Part shown: piece by piece, positions 51,684 through 61,669 of the stretch
Layout of the letters: each line of letters begins with the position of its first letter
Position numbering within the stretch: position 1 is the first letter of the stretch
Origin: an uncultured Gammaproteobacteria bacterium
GTDB lineage: Bacteria > Pseudomonadota > Gammaproteobacteria > JACCXJ01
Assembly (NCBI GenBank): GCA_963764725.1
Contig: CAVXTM010000012.1
Span: 320,001 to 384,000, forward strand
DNA: 64,000 bases
Direction: 5' to 3'
Notes under the pieces: generated by a model
Told to the model about the DNA's origin: nothing
The model's input: only the letters and a program-made list of their open reading frames with translations
Databases searched by the model: none
Translations under genes and position numbers: made by a program

Positions 51684-53936
51684 TTAAATCACCCCCGGCA
51701 AAGCCGGGGGCTTATTGGGTGAGCGCCTCAAAGGCGCCATAACAGCATGAGCCGCCCAAGGCGGCGGGTCTACATTCCAAGCTTCATCTGCTCGTAGCGC
51801 TCGTCTTCTTCCTCTTGGTTGCGGATATAGGCTCGGACCATGTTTTCCTCCAAACCCACGGTGGAGACGAAGTAACCGCGTGCCCAAAAGTTCTCGCCGG
51901 TGAAATTGCGCTGTCGACCACCAAACGTCTTGGCTATCTGAATGGCACTCTTCCCCTTGATGTACCCGACCACATTCGCCACCGCATACTTCGGCGGAAT
52001 ACTCAGACACACATGCACGTGATCCCCCATCAGGTGCCCTTCGACAATCTTCGATTCCTTGTGCCTCGCTAGCTCGTGGAATATCTCCCGCAACTGTCGT
52101 CGCAGCACCCCGAAAATCTGCTTCCTCCTTCGCTTCGGTATAAACCTTCCAGTTGCATAAATTTCTGCGGTTAACCGCAAAAAATGGCGTGAAGGCGGGG
52201 GGTTCGTCGAGTTTTGCGTTGTCCTCTGGATTTCACCAGGGGTGAAATCCAGCGATTCAGTTAAAGAGGCTGATCTTGCGATCAGCTAAGTAGAAGAAGC
52301 GGTCTGCACGTTGCGGTATAATATGTTTGCTAAAACAAAACGATCCGCAAAGGAGACCGCTCCCGTGAAGTGTAGCAGAACCGATGTTCACTGCAAGACC
52401 CACAGCCTTCCAGTACTCCGATTCGAAGAGAGCCAACTCACTTCGTTCTCGGGCTTGGTCCTTATCCAAGAGCTCTTTCGCCGTCTGGATCTCAAGGAGC
52501 GGTTACGCCGGTGTTTTGAGCATCTTGTTGTCAGTCCCATCTTTGGGCACGCCACCGTTGTGCTCTCTCTGGTGCTGCACCTGCTGATGGGGTTTCGGGA
52601 ATTGCGCGATATTCGGTATTATGCCGATGACCCGTTGGTCCGACGCACTCTGGGCCTGCGCCGGCTGCCCGACGTGGCCACCCTCAGTCGGGCCTTGGCA
52701 CAGGCCGACCCGAAGAGTGTCGAGCAGCTGCACCGCCTGCTGCGCGAGTTGGTGGTGGCTCGGCTGGCGAAGCTTGATCTCCCACGGGTCACCTTGGAGG
52801 CTCGGTCATCGGTACTGGAAGATTCGCCGAGGGGACGGCCGTGGGATTCAACCGTAAGAAGAAAGGACAGCGCAGTTATTACCCGTTGTTTTGCACGGTG
52901 GCCCAAACCGGGCAAGTGCTCGATGTGCTGCACCGCTCCGGTAATGTCCATGACTCCCATGGCGCGCAGGCCTTTATCCGCGACTCTATCGCCACCGTGC
53001 GTTCGGCCCTCCCCGGGGTCTGCATCGAGGTACGCGTGGATAGCGCCTTCTTCAGTGACGCGATCATCACGAGCCTCGATGCCCAGGGCGTTGAGTATAC
53101 GGTCAGCGTCCCCTTCGAGCGCTTCGGAGAACTCAAAGAACGCATTGAAGCGCGTCGATGGTGGCATCGGATCGAGGCGGGATGCGCCTACTTTGAGGCG
53201 CAGTGGAAGCCCAAGGCTTGGAATGTTCGCCATCGCTTCCTCTTCATTCGCACTCGGGTCAAACAGCAACACAAAGACCCCGTGCAGCTCGATCTCTTTA
53301 TCCCCCAAGCCTATGGCTACGAGTTCAAGGTTATCCTCACCAACAAGCCCCTCCGCGCCCGCAAGGTGCTCGCCTTCCATAACGGGCGGGGCAGCCAGGA
53401 GGGTATCTTCGCCGAGCTCAAATCCGACAACCAGCTCGACTATGTCCCCACGCGTACTTGGGTCGGCAATCAGATCTACCTGCTCTCAGTCCTCCTGGCT
53501 CACAACTTCGGCCGAGAGCTGCAAATGATCGCCCATCCTCCTTCGCGTACTACCCTTGAGAAGCGCCCGGCGTTTTGGGACTTCGCACGCCTTGACACCC
53601 TGCGGCGTCGCCTTATTCAGCGTGCAGGCCGTTTGATCCGGCCGCAGGGACAGCTCACGCTCAGTATGGCTGTAAACCCAGTCGTTCGCGACGAGCTGTT
53701 GCATTACCTGGAGACTTTGAAAGCCGCATGAGTTCGCCAAACAACCGGATTTTTTGCAACGCTAGGGTAAACACTACGTGATATTTGCAGTCCCATCTCG
53801 TATGACTCAAACTCTGATATTCTTTCATCTGTGAATCCCCTTCTCTTGGCGGAGATCGGAGATTCACACCGACCGTAGTACAGGTCAAACCACGGTGAGT
53901 CCCCCGGCAAAGCCGGGGGCTTACCTCACTGAGTTA
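51684..53936 (-). mobile_element. tnpA: IS200/IS605-family (tnpA-only) element split by IS1380
   Basis: Hairpins cccccggcaaagccggggg at both ends. TnpA reads MKEYQSLSHTRWDCKYHVVF | IPKRRRK...DHVH...FWARGYFVSTVG...YIRNQ. Confidence 0.9.
52145..53767 (+). mobile_element. IS1380-family element, transposase frameshifted near 52800
   Basis: Imperfect IRs ccttccagttgcataaa and ccctagcgttgcaaaaa. 4-bp duplication taaa at 52141-52144 and 53768-53771. Motifs LTSFSGL, YYPL, RVDSAFF and RGSQEGIFAELK. Confidence 0.88.
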
Positions 53937-54261
53937 CTCGCAAACTGCGTTCATCTCGGATACGGCGAATCGGGATTCACGCGAACGTTTATACCGCCAG
54001 ACGGCAAAATCGGCATATTGGATCGCAAGCCTGGGGAGCGGCGACTCGTGGCCTGTCCGATAGGCGCGGTGGCGCTTTACGATTTCGTTCAAGCTCCACG
54101 TCAACGCGGCGACGTCAAGCGGACCTCGTAGATGCACGACATTGGCGATGTTGTAGGAGCCACTCCCCGCTGCCTGGTGGCCGTTTTCCGCCTGAGCTTC
54201 GCTTCGAAAAGCGCACGCGCTTCCGGAGAAAGATTGGCGATATGCTCCTTGAAATCGTTCA
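53936..54261 (-). pseudogene. Internally deleted C-domain NRPS start, fused to a copy of the ThDP-enzyme 3' end
   Basis: MNDFKEHIANLSPEARALFEAKLR is paralogous to the 47590 start. Fragments YNI..V.HLRGPLD..AL..SLNEIVKRH and IQYADFAVW follow. ~53936-53990 matches ~59962-60016. Confidence 0.75.
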
Positions 54262-57200
54262 TTCTCGCAATGCTTGTTCTTGGGCATCGGTAAGAAGCTG
54301 CGCTAGCTCATCGTCACTGAGCGCTTCGGCCTGCTTTCGCAAGATTAACGCCGACAGGCCGGCCACGGTAGGCGACTCGAACAGGGCGCGCAGCGGAATG
54401 TCGAGCTCGAAGGTCTTTTTCACGCGCGAAACGACCTGCGTTGCAAGCAGCGAATGACCGCCGAGATCAAAAAAGTTGTCGTGAATGCCAACCCGGTCGC
54501 GCTGCAGCACCTCCGCCCAGATGGCGGCGAGCGTTTCTTCATTGGCCGTGCGCGCTGCAACGAAAGACTCAATCGATCGCGTGTTGTCCGACGCCGGCAG
54601 CGCTTTGCGGTCAACCTTGCCATTAGCCGTGAGTGGCAGCGAATCAAGAAACACGAAAGCCGAGGGCACTGCAGGCGCAGGTAGTTTAGAGCTCAGGAAG
54701 GCTCGAAGTTGGGAGGTGTTAACCTCGCGTTTGGCGACGACATACGCGGCCAGAAAAATCTCGCCTCGATCGTCCTTGCGCGCCATGACAAAGCACGCTT
54801 CCAGCGCTTCGTGCTGGGCGAGGAGCGCGCCGGCTTCACCCGGTTCGACGCGCACGCCGTTGATCTTGACCTGATCGTCGAGCCGGCCTTCCATCATCAG
54901 CGCTCCATCGGGACGGTAGCGCCCGCGATCTCCGGTCAAATACAGCAGATCCTGCTCGTCATCGCGAAACGGATTCCTGATGAAACGTTTTTGGTTCTCG
55001 TCAAGCGCGTTGATATACCCCAGAGTGCGAAACGGAGTTCGGATCGCGATCTCGCCGGGCTCGCCGATTCCGCATCGTTGGTTGCCTGTCCTCATGACCA
55101 GCACCTGGGTCTGCGGGAGCGGACGGCCCACTGGCTGTATGCCCAACGGCTCTTCGTCTATGACCCGGTGGAAACACTTGGCCATCGTCGTCTCCGTCGG
55201 ACCGTAAAGATTGACGATGGCGCCGGTGTGCGAGAACGCCCTGCGCCAGCGCTCGATGAGTGTGTCCTGCAGCGGCTCTCCCGAGAAGAAAACCCAGCGC
55301 AAATCGGAAAGCGAGAGATCGTGCGGCACATCCGCGAGCCACGATTGCGCGAGCGCCGGAACGGTGTGCAACACGCTGATTCGCTCACGCACGAGCCACG
55401 GCAGAATGTAACCCGGCGCCAAACCTTCGGCTTCGTCCGGCAGGTGCAAACTTGCGCCGCTGGTCAACGGCAGGAAAACATCGCGCAGTAACACGTCGAA
55501 CGACAGCGCTGTCAGTTGCGCGACCCGATCATCCGGACCGATTGCGAACGTCTCGCGCTGCCACGCGAGAAAATGACTCAAGCTCTTATGCGATCCTAAA
55601 ATTCCCTTGGGCACGCCGGTCGTTCCCGAAGTAAAGAAGATGTAAGCGGGATCGTCTGGCGCCAGCTTTGGTAGACCGCTCGCCCCGCGATCTATAGTGG
55701 CAAGCGGATGCACTGGAAGCGCACCGCCCGCATCGATCTCGATGATCGTTGCAGCATCCAGCTCGCGGATCCACGCATCTTCGCGTTGGAAATCGCCGAT
55801 ATAAAGAATCTGTTTGGCGCCCGTTTCGCGCACCAGCAGCCGCTGCCGCTCGGCCGGAAATCGGCGATCGACCGTCAGCATCACCCCGCCGCTCAACAAG
55901 ACTGCAACCATACAGGCGATCAAGCCGAAGCTTTTGGGACCGCTGATCGCGACAACATCCGAGCGTTTTAGTCCATGTGCGCGCATCTCCGATGCGATCG
56001 CCTGCGCCGCCTGCCAAAGCTCACCGTAGCTCAACGCTTTCCCGTCGTGATAAAGCGCAGTCTTGGCGGGGGTACGGTGCGCCCAATCGGCGATGGCGTC
56101 GGCCGTCAATCCATGGAGCGGCTCATGAATTTGCACCGACGGATCAGGCAGCAGCACGCGCGATGCCGGGTCCACAAGCGAATACGCAAGCAGCGGCCGC
56201 GCTGGGTCTGCGCAAATCTGCTCGAGCAAAGTGCAGTAGTGGCCGATCAGACGGCTTATCGTCTCCGCCGCGAACAAGTTGGTGTTGTACTCGATGACGA
56301 GCTTGAATGCCTCATCGCTCTCGATAAAGGTGAAACTCAAGTCGAATTTGGCGCTATCGCGCTCGAATTCAAAAGGAACGATCTCGAGCCCTGATAAATT
56401 CAATTCGCCCCAGCCTCGGTGATGCAGCACGACCAGCACCTGGAACAGCGGCGGATAGCTCAGGCTGCGTTGGGGCTTCAGTTCTTCGACGAGTTTCTCG
56501 AACGGCAGGTCCTGGTGCGCATACGCTTCGACCGCGCTCGCGCGCACGCGCGCCAGAAGTTCGAGGAAGGTCGGGTCGCCCGAGCAATCGGTGCGCAGAA
56601 CGAGGGTATTGACGAAAAGCCCGATTAGGTTTTCAGTGCTCGTGTGAGTGCGGCCGGCGATCGGCGAACCGACGACGGTGTCGTCGCTGCGCGCATAGCG
56701 TGCCAGCAAGAGCTTCACGACCGAGAGCAGTGCCATGAACAACGTCGCGCCCTTAGCCCGCGCCAGTGCGCGCAAGTCTGAGATCAAACGCTTCGGCAGC
56801 AGCCTGGTTCGGCGCGCGCCATTGAAGGTTTGAGCTGCAGGGCGCGGATAGTCGGTCGGTAATTCGAGAAGCGGCGGCGCACCGGCCAAGTAATTCTTCC
56901 AATGGGTGACCTGCTGGTCCAGCACTTCGCCTCTTAACCGCTCCCGCTCCGAGATCGCGTAATGCGCGTACTGCATCGGAAGCTCCGCGAGTGGAGATGG
57001 TGCACCTTCGGCATAGGCTTGGTATAGCGCGCCCAGCTCGCGATAAAGGATGCTCATCGACCAGCCGTCGGAGACGATATGATGAAGGTTGACGATCAGC
57101 ACGTGGTGGCCGGGAGCGAGGCGCAGCAGGCTCGCGCGCAGCAAGGGCGCGCGCGCCAGATCGAACGCGCTGCCTGCTTCCTCGGTTGCCAGACGCATGG

Positions 57201-57618
57201 CCTCGATTTCACGCGTGGCCGGCGCGAAATGCGTCAGGTCGATGATGGGTAGCGCAAAGGGGACGCTGTCATGAATGGTCTGAACGGGCTCGTCATCAAC
57301 TGCGGCGAAGCTGGCACGCAGCACGTCATGGCGCCGCAGGATTTCCACGAAGCATCGTTCCAGAGCGCCCGCATCGAGCGCCCCTTTCACGCTGAAGGCG
57401 TCGGGTATGTTGTAAAACGGACTGCCGGGCTCCAACTGGTGGAGGAACCACATGCGCTGCTGCGCGAAGGACAAGCAGTTCGGATCCCTCTCAGCTTTTT
57501 CCGAGACGATGGGCGTTTTTGCTGTTCTAATTCCTGCGCGCAGCCAGCGATCGAGCAGCGTCTGCTTGATCGACGTGAGCTCGGTGCGCTGCACCGGAAG
57601 ATTCTCTCGTTCGGACAC
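54259..57618 (-). CDS. NRPS C-A-PCP with an atypical A domain
   Basis: C: HHIVSDGWS. A: FTSGTTGVPKG, FDVLLRD, YGPTETTMAKC. PCP: GGHSLL. Confidence 0.9.
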   Translation of the reverse strand: MSERENLPVQRTELTSIKQTLLDRWLRAGIRTAKTPIVSEKAERDPNCLSFAQQRMWFLHQLEPGSPFYNIPDAFSVKGALDAGALERCFVEILRRHDVLRASFAAVDDEPVQTIHDSVPFALPIIDLTHFAPATREIEAMRLATEEAGSAFDLARAPLLRASLLRLAPGHHVLIVNLHHIVSDGWSMSILYRELGALYQAYAEGAPSPLAELPMQYAHYAISERERLRGEVLDQQVTHWKNYLAGAPPLLELPTDYPRPAAQTFNGARRTRLLPKRLISDLRALARAKGATLFMALLSVVKLLLARYARSDDTVVGSPIAGRTHTSTENLIGLFVNTLVLRTDCSGDPTFLELLARVRASAVEAYAHQDLPFEKLVEELKPQRSLSYPPLFQVLVVLHHRGWGELNLSGLEIVPFEFERDSAKFDLSFTFIESDEAFKLVIEYNTNLFAAETISRLIGHYCTLLEQICADPARPLLAYSLVDPASRVLLPDPSVQIHEPLHGLTADAIADWAHRTPAKTALYHDGKALSYGELWQAAQAIASEMRAHGLKRSDVVAISGPKSFGLIACMVAVLLSGGVMLTVDRRFPAERQRLLVRETGAKQILYIGDFQREDAWIRELDAATIIEIDAGGALPVHPLATIDRGASGLPKLAPDDPAYIFFTSGTTGVPKGILGSHKSLSHFLAWQRETFAIGPDDRVAQLTALSFDVLLRDVFLPLTSGASLHLPDEAEGLAPGYILPWLVRERISVLHTVPALAQSWLADVPHDLSLSDLRWVFFSGEPLQDTLIERWRRAFSHTGAIVNLYGPTETTMAKCFHRVIDEEPLGIQPVGRPLPQTQVLVMRTGNQRCGIGEPGEIAIRTPFRTLGYINALDENQKRFIRNPFRDDEQDLLYLTGDRGRYRPDGALMMEGRLDDQVKINGVRVEPGEAGALLAQHEALEACFVMARKDDRGEIFLAAYVVAKREVNTSQLRAFLSSKLPAPAVPSAFVFLDSLPLTANGKVDRKALPASDNTRSIESFVAARTANEETLAAIWAEVLQRDRVGIHDNFFDLGGHSLLATQVVSRVKKTFELDIPLRALFESPTVAGLSALILRKQAEALSDDELAQLLTDAQEQALRE

Positions 57619-57620
57619 TT

Positions 57621-59786
57621 TCAGGCTTCCTTTTGCATGCTGTTCATCAGCGTTGTTGATCCGCGCTTTGCGCCCGCGTCGACATCGTTTTGCAGCAGAG
57701 ACTCCGCCTCACGCTCGGATAGTCCCTGGAGTTTTTCGATCAGCGTTTCTTCGATGACTTCGGCAAGCTTGGCAATCGTCGAACATTCGAGAAGAATGCG
57801 GCCTAGCGGTATTTCGACCGGGAAAGCATCGCGCAGCCGACCCCAAATCTGCATGGCTTTCAGCGAATCGCCGCCGCGATCCAAGAAGTCGTCGTGAATT
57901 CCGATCTGCCTCACATCCAGTGCCTGTTCCCAAATTTCGGCCAGCCAAGACTCCAGTTCGGTGCGCGGCGCAACGCGGGCCGCGCTGGCCTCGCGCGCCG
58001 CAATAGTTTTCAAGATCTCGTTGAAATCACCAGCGGCGAGCCCGGTCTTTAGTTGCGTGCGCTGGATTTTGCCGCTGGTTGTCTTGGGAAATGCCGCTTT
58101 TGCGATTGGAACAAAGTAGCGTGGGTTCACACCCAGCTCGCGAGCGACGTTGGCGCGGATGTTCTTGATCACTTCAAGCTGCCGCTCGATGCCTTCGTGC
58201 CGGCACGAGAAAAAAATCGCCAGCTCTTCGGTGCCGGCGCGAGCATCCGCGATGCCGCAAGCAGCGGCATAGGTAGATACAACGCCTTCGGTCCGATTGA
58301 CGATATCTTCGATCTCGTGACTGTAATAATTGACGCCGTAGAGAACGATCATCTCCTTTTCTCTGCCGGTGATGGTCAGGCGGTGATCGAGGATGAAACC
58401 GAGATCGCCGGTGTTGAACCAGCCGTCGCCAACGAACGCCTCCTGATTGGCAGCAGCATTGTTCAAATAGCCGGGCGTTACGATATCGCCTTCGATCTGC
58501 AAACGGCCGATGACGGCTTCGGGCAGCACGCGGCCGTGCTTATCGACGATTCGAATCCGTACGCCCGGAATCGGCGGTCCGAGATCGATGAAATCGATCG
58601 CGTTCTGGTCGCCGTCGCTGGCCCTGACCAGCTTGCCGCCGAGCGACGATTTCCTGAAACGATGAACGCCGGTTACGAAATCGAAATGGTTCTGGTACGT
58701 TATGCAGGTGGCGACTTCGGCCATGCCGAAGGCCGGCTGCATGACGCGCGGCGGAACGTTAAAGCAGGCAAGCGACCGCAACAACGCGTGCACGACCAAC
58801 AGCGTGACCTGCTCGCCCGCGTTCATGAAATACTTGAGTGACGAAAGCCGCCAGGTCCTGTTTCCGGATCTTGCCAATGCGTCGCTGAGTAGTTTGTAGC
58901 CGAAATTCGGCGACCACGAATGCGTGACCCGATGCCGGTCGATCAAATCGAGCCAGGTCAGCGGATCCTCGAGGATCGAAGCCGGCGGAGCCTGGATCTG
59001 CTGAATGCCGAGGTAGACATCCTTGACGTGAAAGGTCAGCAAAGGGACGACGTGGTCCATGGCAAGCCAGTTGAGCGTAACGTCGTCCGGCCCATACCCA
59101 TTGAACTGCCGTGAGGCTTGGATATGAGAAATGACAGCGCGATGCGTTTCCTTAATGCATTTCGGCATCGCGGTGCTGCCCGAGCTCAACTGTAAAAATG
59201 CTGTATCGTCGGGGCTTACCGGCGCTGTCGATTGCACAGGCGGATGAGCGCGCAGCGCGGAGACGGACAGCAGCTTCGGCCGGTCGGCCTGCGCGACACC
59301 CGCAATCCGAGACAGCGGCGCCATCAGGCTTTCGCTGGCAATGATGGACGGACGACCTAGCGATTTCCAGGCGTTCAGCATTTTCAGGACGACGCTGTTT
59401 TCCACGTCGTACGTGGGAGCAACCGCGACGCTGACCGGCGTGATCCCTCCCAGGATGCACGCCCAGAAGGCGGGGAAAAAATCCTGCAGCGATTCTATCT
59501 GCAGAATCGCCCGGTCTTTGGCTACCAAGCCCTCACTGTACAAACCGCTGAGTAAGCGTCTTGCATCTTGCAGAAGCGCCGGATAGCTCTGGAACACTTC
59601 AGACCCATTGAATTGAACGTGCACGATGCCTTTAGCCGGCTCGTTCGCGCTCGTCCTGAGCAGGGCTTCGGAAAGCGTTTTAGGCATGCCGTCTTCCGAA
59701 ACTAATGGGCCGCCGTCGCTGAAGGCGGCGGGCTCATCCGGTACCACTCCGAACTCTTCAACCACTCGCATTGTTCTTCCGGCCAT
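57621..59786 (-). CDS. Acyl-AMP ligase (FAAL/CAL-type loading domain) fused to ACP
   Basis: AFWACILGG, QLSSGST, WLAMDHV, WSPNFGY, FGMAE, PKTTSGKIQR; ACP GGDSL. Confidence 0.85.
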   Translation of the reverse strand: MAGRTMRVVEEFGVVPDEPAAFSDGGPLVSEDGMPKTLSEALLRTSANEPAKGIVHVQFNGSEVFQSYPALLQDARRLLSGLYSEGLVAKDRAILQIESLQDFFPAFWACILGGITPVSVAVAPTYDVENSVVLKMLNAWKSLGRPSIIASESLMAPLSRIAGVAQADRPKLLSVSALRAHPPVQSTAPVSPDDTAFLQLSSGSTAMPKCIKETHRAVISHIQASRQFNGYGPDDVTLNWLAMDHVVPLLTFHVKDVYLGIQQIQAPPASILEDPLTWLDLIDRHRVTHSWSPNFGYKLLSDALARSGNRTWRLSSLKYFMNAGEQVTLLVVHALLRSLACFNVPPRVMQPAFGMAEVATCITYQNHFDFVTGVHRFRKSSLGGKLVRASDGDQNAIDFIDLGPPIPGVRIRIVDKHGRVLPEAVIGRLQIEGDIVTPGYLNNAAANQEAFVGDGWFNTGDLGFILDHRLTITGREKEMIVLYGVNYYSHEIEDIVNRTEGVVSTYAAACGIADARAGTEELAIFFSCRHEGIERQLEVIKNIRANVARELGVNPRYFVPIAKAAFPKTTSGKIQRTQLKTGLAAGDFNEILKTIAAREASAARVAPRTELESWLAEIWEQALDVRQIGIHDDFLDRGGDSLKAMQIWGRLRDAFPVEIPLGRILLECSTIAKLAEVIEETLIEKLQGLSEREAESLLQNDVDAGAKRGSTTLMNSMQKEA

Positions 59787-59976
59787 TCATGATCGCTTGC
59801 CTGCGATCTGGAAACGACGGTCCGAATGATGCTCCGGACGGATTCGGCATTTCGCCTCGCAAATGCCGAGAGAACGCCTGCTTGGCGCCGCGACGCGCTC
59901 CAACCATTTACCGCCGGTTCTCAATTCCAAGCGGTAGGTCGCATTTTCGATTCTCATATTCACTCGCAAATTGCAT

Positions 59977-61653
59977 TCATCTCGGATACGGCGAATCGGG
60001 ATTCACGCGGACGTTGATGCACGCCGCCAGGCCCGATGCCGCGGCACGCGCTAGTGCGGGTTTGATCTGTTCCGCCCGATCGACGTATTCGCCGTGCCCG
60101 CCAAAAGCCCGCATCATCTGGTCGTAATGAATGTCCGGCGCGAACATGGTGACGCGATCGGGATAATCTTCCGCATAGAACATTTTTTCGTTGGCCGTGC
60201 CCCCGTTGCCGTCGTTATTCGCCACCACGATAATCACTGGAACGCGCAGTCTGACCGCGGTCTCCATTTCCATCGCGCTGAGACCAAAAGCAAAGTCGCC
60301 GCAGATCGCGATTACCATGCGCGTCGGCAAAGCCAGTTTGGCAGCGATTCCGAATGGGACGCCGACACCCATGCAGCCGTTATTGCCCGCTGTTAATCGC
60401 GAAACCGGAAGATAGCTCGGCAAGAGATGCTGCGCCGCGGCCAGTATGATGTTCCCATCAATGACGCAGATCGCATCACGCGGAATGAAATCGCGGATTT
60501 CGGCGATCAAACGAAGCGGTGAAATCGGGCCACCCTGTTTCGCCAGCGTTTCCCATTTGGCAGCGCTTTCATCGCGTTTCTGATCGAGAGGCACACGCCA
60601 GGAAAGATGAGGCGCAGCCGCCTCGCGTGTGTTCCGCACGCGATCGATTTCCTTCACCAAGCGCCGCAACACCTGCTTGATGTCACCGACGATGGCGACT
60701 TCCGGCGTAACGTTGGCCCCGATCTCGTTTTCGTGAATCGCGATCTGAACCAGTTTTGCATCGCGCGCGATTTCGGCGCCGAAGCGGAAGGTCCAGTCGA
60801 GTCTTGCACCGATGAGCAAAACGGCATTCGCCGCGGAAAGCAGATACGATCGTGCATTGCTATAACATCGCGGATGATCGTCAGGCACGTAGCCCCGTCC
60901 CATAGGCGAAGCCGCGAACGGGGCATCCAGATAATCCACCAACTGATTAAGCTCGGCATACGGCTCGGACCAGCGAATCGCTTCACCGATAACGATTGCC
61001 GGGCGCGTCGCTTGCGCCAGCAGCTCAGCCGCGCGGCGGATCGCATCTTCATCGAACTGGCGCGCCATCGGCGTAAGACGCTGGGGTCGGCACAGCGCTA
61101 TGTCCTTCTGATTCAGAATTTCCTCCACCAAATCCAAATATACCGGTCCTGGCCGACCGCCTGTGGCGACTTCAACTGCGTTTTCAAGGGCCGGGCAGAT
61201 GGCGCCGGCGGATTTCACCGTTCCGCAAAACTTGGTGATCGATTGAAAAATCGGGATCGCATCGAGGTACTGGAAGCCCCCCATTGCATGCATGACCTCT
61301 GCGCGCCTGGCACCCAACGCGACCAGCGGCCAACCGTTGTCGCGTGCAACCAGGATCGCGGTCGTAAGATTGGTGATTGCCGGGCCGCTCGAAACGAGCG
61401 CCACTGCGCTCACCCGGCCTTCGATATAGTTCTGTGCGGCTGCCATCAGACCTGCTGCCTGTTGGTGCCGCACGCCGATCACCCGAATGCCGTTTTTGGC
61501 ACACGCGGAGAGTGTTTCGTGAATCGGGATGCCGGCGACGCCATAAACATGGTTGATGCCGAGTTCTTGCAGGCTGAACGCGATCAAGGCATGGCCATCG
61601 GCCTCCCGGCCTTGCAATGTTTGCACGCGCTTACCGGGCCCGGCGGCGCTCAT
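59977..61653 (-). CDS. ThDP-dependent enzyme, oxalyl-CoA decarboxylase / 2-hydroxyacyl-CoA lyase-like
   Basis: YGVAGIP, GVRHQQAA, GRPGPVYLD, GARLDW, GCMGVG and GDFAFGLSAMEMET...NN. Confidence 0.8.
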   Translation of the reverse strand: MSAAGPGKRVQTLQGREADGHALIAFSLQELGINHVYGVAGIPIHETLSACAKNGIRVIGVRHQQAAGLMAAAQNYIEGRVSAVALVSSGPAITNLTTAILVARDNGWPLVALGARRAEVMHAMGGFQYLDAIPIFQSITKFCGTVKSAGAICPALENAVEVATGGRPGPVYLDLVEEILNQKDIALCRPQRLTPMARQFDEDAIRRAAELLAQATRPAIVIGEAIRWSEPYAELNQLVDYLDAPFAASPMGRGYVPDDHPRCYSNARSYLLSAANAVLLIGARLDWTFRFGAEIARDAKLVQIAIHENEIGANVTPEVAIVGDIKQVLRRLVKEIDRVRNTREAAAPHLSWRVPLDQKRDESAAKWETLAKQGGPISPLRLIAEIRDFIPRDAICVIDGNIILAAAQHLLPSYLPVSRLTAGNNGCMGVGVPFGIAAKLALPTRMVIAICGDFAFGLSAMEMETAVRLRVPVIIVVANNDGNGGTANEKMFYAEDYPDRVTMFAPDIHYDQMMRAFGGHGEYVDRAEQIKPALARAAASGLAACINVRVNPDSPYPR

Positions 61654-61669
61654 CCGATTGTCTCCGCCA

